Part shown: piece by piece, positions 58,624 through 64,000 of the stretch
Layout: each line of letters begins with the position of its first letter
Position numbering within the stretch: position 1 is the stretch's first letter
DNA from: Flavobacteriaceae bacterium
Lineage (GTDB): Bacteria > Bacteroidota > Bacteroidia > Flavobacteriales > Flavobacteriaceae
Assembly (NCBI GenBank): GCA_018401115.1
Contig: JAGYKX010000007.1
Span: 314,815 to 378,814, forward strand
DNA: 64,000 nt
Direction of reading: 5' to 3'
Program-made: the position numbers and the translations under genes
Notes under the pieces: generated by a model
Databases searched by the model: none
The model's input: only the letters and a program-made list of their open reading frames with translations
Told to the model about the DNA's origin: nothing

Positions 58624-58995
58624 CTACTTAGATTTATAGATTATCTTTTCCTCTAAACCAACTCTCGAGGTAAGAATTTCTTTTATGAATAGATTAGTAT
58701 TTTCTAATGATATTAACTCTTCTAATATTTTAACTATGTTGTTAAGATTATCTATTCCATCTTTATCTAAAGTCAACCTATCTACTCTGTTCTTTATTTC
58801 ATTGTAAATCAAAGTCCAACTTTCATCTTTTATAAATTCCCTAATTAGAGGGTCTTCATAAAAACTTATTTCCTCGTCTTTTTCTTCATCGAAAAGAAAT
58901 GTGGTGTTAAATTCCTCTTTAAGTTCATTTACAGATTCAATTGTAAATTGTTTAAAATCAGTTATGATGTTTTCTAATTCTCCATTTGATTTCAT
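58624..58995 (-). CDS. Acidic hypothetical protein (gene 1)
   Basis: 123-aa ORF with a 1-nt gap to the next gene. Confidence 0.55.
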   Translation of the reverse strand: MKSNGELENIITDFKQFTIESVNELKEEFNTTFLFDEEKDEEISFYEDPLIREFIKDESWTLIYNEIKNRVDRLTLDKDGIDNLNNIVKILEELISLENTNLFIKEILTSRVGLEEKIIYKSK

Positions 58996-59099
58996 CTCCC
59001 AGTCTGAAGATATATTCTCACCATAATAAAGGTTGTTAAATCTCTTTTTCTATATAATTTCTTACTTGTTTTTCTTTTTGTTTTACTTCTAACTCTTTC

Positions 59100-59312
59100 T
59101 CATAAGTTTCCTTTTGTTATTACTATTATTTGTCCCCAATTCCAAGATGGTATATACCATTGAAATCCGTGTTTATCTAAAACTTGTTGGGTGATTTTGT
59201 TTTGAATGGATGAGGATTTTCCTGTCACAATTGTGAGTTCCGTTAGACCCTCTTTGATTGAGTTTTTTAGAACAAACTCTTCAACCAACGGAATGGATTG
59301 ATGGTGTTTCAA
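59100..59312 (-). CDS. Small protein, possibly Smr-domain-like
   Basis: 70 aa with a TTG start. ...EGLTELTIVTGKSSSIQNKITQQVLDKHGF... loosely resembles the Smr core (..v.iIhGkG...l...v...L). Confidence 0.25.
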   Translation of the reverse strand: MKHHQSIPLVEEFVLKNSIKEGLTELTIVTGKSSSIQNKITQQVLDKHGFQWYIPSWNWGQIIVITKGNL

Positions 59313-59361
59313 CTGTGTAAATCTATTATCATTTCATGTATTCAATCTTTTTAAATGTTTG

Positions 59362-59398
59362 AAAAGAAATACCCTCACCGTTTCTGATGAGGGTATTT
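59362..59398 (-). terminator. Stem-loop terminator after 59430..59789
   Basis: Stem aaataccctca / tgagggtattt with a 10-nt loop, and T-rich runs on both sides. Confidence 0.6.
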
Positions 59399-59429
59399 TA
59401 CTAATTTAATGTTGAGGTCTAATTCAACC

Positions 59430-59789
59430 CTATTCTTTCCATTTACCTATCTTCATTTTTTTCCAAATTTCTGTATGATGTTTATCAACCTCGATTCTTA
59501 AATGAAATGGTTTTTCATTGAATGTGAAATTGAAGTTTACTCCATTTCCTTCAATTGAAGTTCCACCTGTGTAATCACCAAGTTTATCTTCAATTACATC
59601 TCTAATCTCATTCATTTCATCAAAAAATTCATCTGATGAATTGTAATTACTATAATCAATCTGATTATACGAGTTATCCTGATGTTCGATGAGTTGTTTT
59701 TTTTCTAATTCCCTCATTTGTTGTACCATTAAGGGTTTTGATTCTTTCATTTCATCTCTTTCTAATTTTCTTCTTTGTTGTCTTGTCAT
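59430..59789 (-). CDS. Hypothetical protein with an MTRQQRRK N-terminal leader
   Basis: 119-aa ORF. Its first 39 nt are near-identical to the start of 58110..58622. Confidence 0.55.
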   Translation of the reverse strand: MTRQQRRKLERDEMKESKPLMVQQMRELEKKQLIEHQDNSYNQIDYSNYNSSDEFFDEMNEIRDVIEDKLGDYTGGTSIEGNGVNFNFTFNEKPFHLRIEVDKHHTEIWKKMKIGKWKE

Positions 59790-59810
59790 ATTTCTAATTT
59801 TTAAATTGTT

Positions 59811-59942
59811 TTACAATGGTTTTCCAACCTTTAATTTGTCATGTACTTCCATGACATACTTTATAAACCCATCACCTGGTTCTTGATTATCGAGAAGTAT
59901 TTTACCTTCATAACTGATTTGAACTCCGAAGAAATCTCTCAT
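59811..59942 (-). CDS. Possible 43-aa ORF (not in the track)
   Basis: MRDFFGVQISYEGKILLDNQEPGDGFIKYVMEVHDKLKVGKPL. Its ATG overlaps the stop of the preceding small ORF (ATGA). Confidence 0.3.
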   Translation of the reverse strand: MRDFFGVQISYEGKILLDNQEPGDGFIKYVMEVHDKLKVGKPL

Positions 59943-60085
59943 TCCCAAATTATATCCTTGAATGAAAAGTCATAATCTAATTCAAAGGATACTTTTTCAA
60001 CCTCACTTCTACAATTCAGGTAGAACATAAGAGGAACAAGTCGTTGGTCATCTCTTGTAAGTGATTTCTTTTTTCTTTTTTTCAT
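59939..60085 (-). CDS. Possible 48-aa basic ORF (not in the track)
   Basis: MKKRKKKSLTRDDQRLVPLMFYLNCRSEVEKVSFELDYDFSFKDIIWE. It starts 10 nt after the recombinase terminator. Confidence 0.3.
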   Translation of the reverse strand: MKKRKKKSLTRDDQRLVPLMFYLNCRSEVEKVSFELDYDFSFKDIIWE

Positions 60086-60094
60086 AATTTTTAG

Positions 60095-60125
60095 ACATAA
60101 AAAACCCCAAGAAATTTGGGGGTTT
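60095..60125 (-). terminator. Rho-independent terminator downstream of the serine recombinase gene
   Basis: The minus strand reads aaacccccaaatttcttggggttttttat. A second hairpin, cctcaa/ttgagg, lies at 60128..60147. Confidence 0.7.
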
Positions 60126-60284
60126 ATGACCTCAACAAATTGAGGTTTTGTTGTTGTTAATTAGATTGTTTTGTATTCAACCCATTCAAATGATGTTATT
60201 TCTTTAAATACATCGTTTTTACTCCATTGTTCGACCTTTTTTATTTCAAAGATGTCAATTGAGTTATGTTTTCTTATTTTCTTT

Positions 60285-60917
60285 TCACTCCTTGATAGTT
60301 TCATAAACTTCACTTCTTAATTTTTTAACCTTATCTATTGTTGAAGGAGAACATTTCCTCATTTCCATAATTTCTCTAACGGTATAACCATTGTCTAAAT
60401 CCTTGATGATGTTCTGAGATTTAGGTTTCATGAGAAATTTTTCAGGTGAAATAGTAGTTCCAATCTTTCTTCCACTATATCTCTCAGGATAAAACTTTTT
60501 CGTTCTTTCTATCCCCTCTTTTCTACGACTATCTATCATAGATTTTTCAAATGATGACATAATCGACAATAAACTGACCATCATCTCAGAAAAACTATCA
60601 ATAGTTCCATCTTCATTGAAATTTTGAATATTTGGATTTCTACAAACTACTCTAATGTTGAGGTCTGTTAGTTCCTTATAGGTAGATAATACATCAATTG
60701 TATTTCTTCCAAGTCTATCAATCGAGTGGATGTGAAGTTCTTTAAGTTTTCCTTCATCTATGAGTTCCTTAATCTGTCTCCCTCTCGGTCTTTCCCAAAT
60801 CGGGATGGTTCCACTACACCGGTCTGAAAGAACATAGTCAAATCCCCTTTCAGTATTCTTTAATTGTCTTAAATCTGATTGGTCTTCGGTAGAAACTCTT
60901 GAATAAAACACCTTCAT
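60285..60917 (-). CDS. Serine recombinase (resolvase/invertase family)
   Basis: MKVFYSRVSTEDQSDLRQ catalytic-Ser context, SIDRLGRN, and a C-terminal HTH (YTVREIMEMRKCSPSTIDKV). Confidence 0.9.
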   Translation of the reverse strand: MKVFYSRVSTEDQSDLRQLKNTERGFDYVLSDRCSGTIPIWERPRGRQIKELIDEGKLKELHIHSIDRLGRNTIDVLSTYKELTDLNIRVVCRNPNIQNFNEDGTIDSFSEMMVSLLSIMSSFEKSMIDSRRKEGIERTKKFYPERYSGRKIGTTISPEKFLMKPKSQNIIKDLDNGYTVREIMEMRKCSPSTIDKVKKLRSEVYETIKE

Positions 60918-61154
60918 AATGTTACTATTTTAGGTTGTTACTAATTATACTCTAATATAGTAATTTTTATTGAGATACACAAGTATTACAAATAAAAATA
61001 TGTTATCCTTTGGGGTATAGTCTAAATTAGTATCAACTTGGTGAGTGTGTCAAAGTTATAGAGGAAAACTTGGTAATGTCAGATAAAAAGAAAAACACCT
61101 ATTGTGAATGGTTACAGAGTGTTTCTCTTTTAATTATCTGAATAATCTATCAAT

Positions 61155-61502
61155 CTATCCTACCAATTCGTATTCTTTCTCCTTACTACTTAACATTGAT
61201 TCTAAAGTTTCTTTATCAGTCAACATTACCATCGTTCCACAATCTTTAACCATTTCCTTAAAACCTGGGAAATATTTAAACAAGGTTTGTTCTCTTTTAC
61301 CAATTTTTGATTTTGGAGGAATCTCTAATGGAATGAAAGGAACATCTTCTTCTAATTTATCAAAACCTATATACTCACAGAATGGTATTACCCCCTCTAG
61401 ATTCTGGTACTCAATGTGGTTATTATTATCATCCGTTTTTTCAAACAACAGATGAAACACAGTCATTTTAGTTGACCAACACTTTTCAAAAAATTCAACC
61501 AT
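61155..61502 (-). CDS. Hypothetical protein
   Basis: 115-aa ORF. It is co-oriented with its neighbours and preferred over the equal-length antisense ORF 61108..61455, which is low-complexity. Confidence 0.45.
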   Translation of the reverse strand: MVEFFEKCWSTKMTVFHLLFEKTDDNNNHIEYQNLEGVIPFCEYIGFDKLEEDVPFIPLEIPPKSKIGKREQTLFKYFPGFKEMVKDCGTMVMLTDKETLESMLSSKEKEYELVG

Positions 61503-61527
61503 TGTTTTACCATTATCTTTGAAAAAC

Positions 61528-62220
61528 TTATAAACCTCCCTTCTGAATCTTATTCTGAAATGATTTTTCCATTTCTATCAAATATTCTGGATGTTCCTTT
61601 TCCATTATACTCAAAGTATAACACGGTCTACAAGTATCAACACAAAACAATGTTCCATCACTATAAAGTTCCACTCTACTTTTCTCTCCATATTTATCTG
61701 TTTGAGTTGTAAAACCTTTCTCTTTACATTTTTTGACTTGAGAATCGTAAGAATCTTGACTGAGAAGAATATTTGATTCCACTCCATTATTTTTAAATTT
61801 ATTTCCCTCAATAACACCTTTTGGACATACATTTCCACCACTCAGTTGAGATGTAAACATTTTATATAATTCTAACTTATTCTCTTTTGATAGTTTTTCA
61901 AAATGTAATTGTTTCTTTCCTTTTGTTTGTTCCTTAAAATTCAAGTAGTCATTCCAAATAAGTGGATATTCAGATATATCTGTTTTTGAAAATGTAGTTT
62001 CTAATACACTTAGTAATACATTATTTAACAATTTCTGAATCCTTTCTGATTTATAATCATCGTTTGATTCTGTCCTTTTATTTAAATCCCCAACCATCAT
62101 TTTACTAAAACCTGACTCATTCCAATGTTCTAAAATATAGTTGATTAATGATTCTGTTTTTCTGAGTTTGAAACTCATTTCATCACCTTCTTTTCTTTTT
62201 ATCTTAATTTCTTGTGTCAT
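61528..62220 (-). CDS. Hypothetical protein with a Cys-containing C-terminal region
   Basis: 230-aa ORF. No motif recognised. Confidence 0.5.
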   Translation of the reverse strand: MTQEIKIKRKEGDEMSFKLRKTESLINYILEHWNESGFSKMMVGDLNKRTESNDDYKSERIQKLLNNVLLSVLETTFSKTDISEYPLIWNDYLNFKEQTKGKKQLHFEKLSKENKLELYKMFTSQLSGGNVCPKGVIEGNKFKNNGVESNILLSQDSYDSQVKKCKEKGFTTQTDKYGEKSRVELYSDGTLFCVDTCRPCYTLSIMEKEHPEYLIEMEKSFQNKIQKGGL

Positions 62221-62317
62221 AATCTAATTTTGAATTAATTATCTATTGAACTTGTCACTTCACATATAACCTCTGAGATAGTATTTTGATTTACCAAATC
62301 CTCTAGGTACTTCTTCT

Positions 62318-62919
62318 TTAACTTATCTGAAATTTCTTCCCAAACATCCCTACTGTATTTTTAAAACCTTCTTCAATTGAATTCGATTTGTAAATTGATT
62401 CAATCAACTTGTTTTGATTATAAGATAATTTACAAGGTTTGGGAATCACATTTATATGGATATGTGAATTGGAGTCTTTATGAACTCTAATATCAAATCC
62501 TGAAATTGGACAGAGTGGGTTGTCCTTTTCATACTTTGATAAATTTTCAATAAGATTTGTGTAGGTTGTTAACCCTAAACTCCATAAGAAAAACTTATTA
62601 CCCCCTGACCTATTTAAAACAGGAACATAAGTCATCATCATTGGTCTAATAAGTTTTCCTATTATCTGTTTTTGATAGATTTTTGTATTCTTAAATTATT
62701 TCCAAAATCCTCAATTGGGTCATTTTCTCCATAATTCATTGGGGAATGTATTGTCCCCTTTGTGGTGTGGTAAACATATCTCTCTATAAAGGGTGTTTCC
62801 ATAACCTTAAACGATTTTGGAACAATTCTTAATTGAACCGTTTCTCCTTTTTTAATCTTTAAATAACTCCATTCTCGTGTTGGAGTTTTCTCTTTCAGTA
62901 TCTCTTTAAATGATATCAT
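62318..62919 (-). pseudogene. Possible phage T4 gp32-like ssDNA-binding protein, split into two ORFs in different frames
   Basis: 62662..62919 (REWSYLKIKKGETVQLRIVPKS..ETPFIERYVYH) resembles the gp32 N-terminal OB region (GEWKLKLD..GQAVIRFLPS). 62318..62641 (TYVPVLNRSGGNKFFLWSLGLTTYTNLIENL) resembles SYWANILVV..GKVFKYRFGKKIWDKI. The zinc-ligand cysteines are absent. Confidence 0.3.
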
Positions 62920-62930
62920 ATTTTACTTTT

Positions 62931-63896
62931 TTAACTTACTAACTTATATTCTTCTTTAGTTGATACCCTTTCTTTTGAAGTAGTCCTCTTTAGGGTTCTT
63001 GATTCATTTTTATTACTAAAACCTTTATAATCTTGACTACTTGAAACATTAATTATATCCTGAGATGGGGAATCAAAATCAACACCCATTAGTGATATGT
63101 TTTCTTTATCAATACCTTTAGAAACAGAGAGGTAGTCTTGTTTTAATTGACCAAACTCTTCTCTATCATCATAATACTGTTTTGTTCTTGTATGAAAGGT
63201 TTTATGATACTTGATGTATTGAGGGAGTATCCTTTTCTGATTGGTTAGAACCATATGGAGTGGAGTTATAAACTCATTACCATCTTCTCCGAATAATTCA
63301 CCTGTGATTCCCTTTTTATCAATCTCTAAAACAACCACTGGTAGATTATCTGTTCCACCTGTACATTGTCCCCAACCAACATAATTAAATACTTTATGTT
63401 CATCGGATTGAAGGAAATACAATTGATTCCTTCTTTCAGAGTAATTGTGATTTTTGTGATTACTAAGAAGTCCATGAACTCTAATTTGATTCCAATTTTT
63501 TGGAGATGTTAAATGGTAAATCTTATCCTCACTTCCATAGAGTTCAAACATTTTTGAATCTCTAACTTGTGATAATGGGACATTTCCCCACCCAATCCAT
63601 CTACTTGAGGGTATGTGTTGAACTTCCACAAACCTATTATCATTATCTAGACAGTTTCTATAATTTCGTGTACCATCTGTATTAATAATTCGGTCATTTG
63701 TATTAATTCTTCCATGTTGAATCCAATTAGAATGGATTTTCTTTGAAATATTCATTTTATCTAACCTTCTATCCAATCCCTTTTCCCAATTAGTTTGGTT
63801 TTTATGATTCTCTAAAAAATCCATCTCTGAGATAAAACCTCTTTCTATGACATTTTTTGTTTGGGTTTGTCTAAACCCTTTTCTTAAATAACTCAT
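62931..63896 (-). CDS. Hypothetical protein with a Tpt1/KptA-like (RNA 2'-phosphotransferase / ADP-ribosyltransferase-fold) C-terminal half
   Basis: 321 aa. KIYHLTSPKNWNQIRVHGLL...RRNQLYFLQSDE...LPVVVLEIDKKGITGELFGEDGNEFITPLHMV..ILPQYI parallels E. coli KptA [67 protein letters not shown]. Confidence 0.3.
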   Translation of the reverse strand: MSYLRKGFRQTQTKNVIERGFISEMDFLENHKNQTNWEKGLDRRLDKMNISKKIHSNWIQHGRINTNDRIINTDGTRNYRNCLDNDNRFVEVQHIPSSRWIGWGNVPLSQVRDSKMFELYGSEDKIYHLTSPKNWNQIRVHGLLSNHKNHNYSERRNQLYFLQSDEHKVFNYVGWGQCTGGTDNLPVVVLEIDKKGITGELFGEDGNEFITPLHMVLTNQKRILPQYIKYHKTFHTRTKQYYDDREEFGQLKQDYLSVSKGIDKENISLMGVDFDSPSQDIINVSSSQDYKGFSNKNESRTLKRTTSKERVSTKEEYKLVS

Positions 63897-64000
63897 GTTT
63901 TAAACTTTTAAATTGTTTGAAATAAAAAGGGAGGTTATTAACCCCCCCTCTTCTTCTAATTATATAATCATTCATTACCCTTTGTAAACAAATGTTTTCT

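Larger units (their letters stand above)
44240..64000. mobile_element. AT-rich accessory genomic island (integrative-element or prophage-remnant-like). The right end lies beyond the window and the left end is only approximate.
   Basis: Abrupt switch in base composition and gene content after the fasciclin gene. Contents: Xis-like HTH, type I R-M, DUF4917, HNH, YwqK-like genes, serine recombinase, phage-like SSB. Most ORFs have no recognisable family. Confidence 0.6.

Noticed and set aside
60126-60284. Open frame continuing past the serine recombinase stop in the +1 frame (…KIRKHNSIDIFEIKKVEQWSKNDVFKEITSFEWVEYKTI)
   Set aside because: The recombinase already has a complete C-terminal HTH, and the extra frame has no start codon. 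It was treated as non-coding 3' UTR before the terminator.
60921-60963. Direct gttacta repeat and 6-bp inverted repeat TTACTA...TAGTAA just upstream of the serine recombinase start, considered as a res/att site
   Set aside because: The arms are only 6 bp and the DNA is very AT-rich, so a chance occurrence is likely. There is no second copy in the window.
61108-61455. 115-aa plus-strand ORF, equal in length to the minus-strand ORF 61155..61502
   Set aside because: The plus-strand product is Ser/Leu/Asn low-complexity, and every neighbouring gene is on the minus strand. The minus ORF is preferred, but neither has independent support.
1-64000. Scan for CRISPR arrays, rRNA genes, reverse transcriptase/retron or DGR signatures, and transposase or IS ends
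   Set aside because: No regularly spaced short direct repeats, no rRNA-like conserved stretches, and no RT (YxDD) or DDE transposase motifs were seen in any listed ORF. The only recombinase recognised is the serine recombinase at 60285..60917.

Overview
This looks like a Flavobacteriia-type (Bacteroidota) chromosomal segment, judged from gene content only. Bases 1 to about 44.1 kb hold ordinary, mostly recognisable core genes: OmpA/TSP3 protein, PD-(D/E)XK nuclease, tRNA-Ala, queD, lpxH, recJ, rsmI, tdk, alr, asd, the accC-accB-fabH-rpmF-DUF177-pdxA block, ribE, an SSS transporter, an M14 peptidase, a BNR/sortilin-like protein and a fasciclin protein. This part has a few lesions: a MATE gene split at an A-run, a TonB-dependent receptor in four pieces, and a 5'-deleted mscL remnant. 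It also has one AT-rich singleton (37490..38206) that resembles a bacterial gasdermin. From about 44.2 kb to the window end the DNA is visibly more AT-rich (by eye, not computed) and the content switches to an accessory island. The island holds an Xis-like HTH gene, then a type I R-M operon (hsdM-hsdS-hsdR) plus a DUF4917 gene, all broken by many 1-nt frame breaks. Next comes a minus-strand array of small unknown genes arranged as cassettes separated by a conserved intergenic repeat: an HNH nuclease with a small acidic protein, YwqK/MORN immunity-like paralogs, and a tight five-gene operon. The island continues with a serine recombinase and a phage-like module (gp32-like SSB, Tpt1/KptA-like protein). 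No rRNA gene or CRISPR array was seen. All family calls come from reading the translations by eye; no database search was run.
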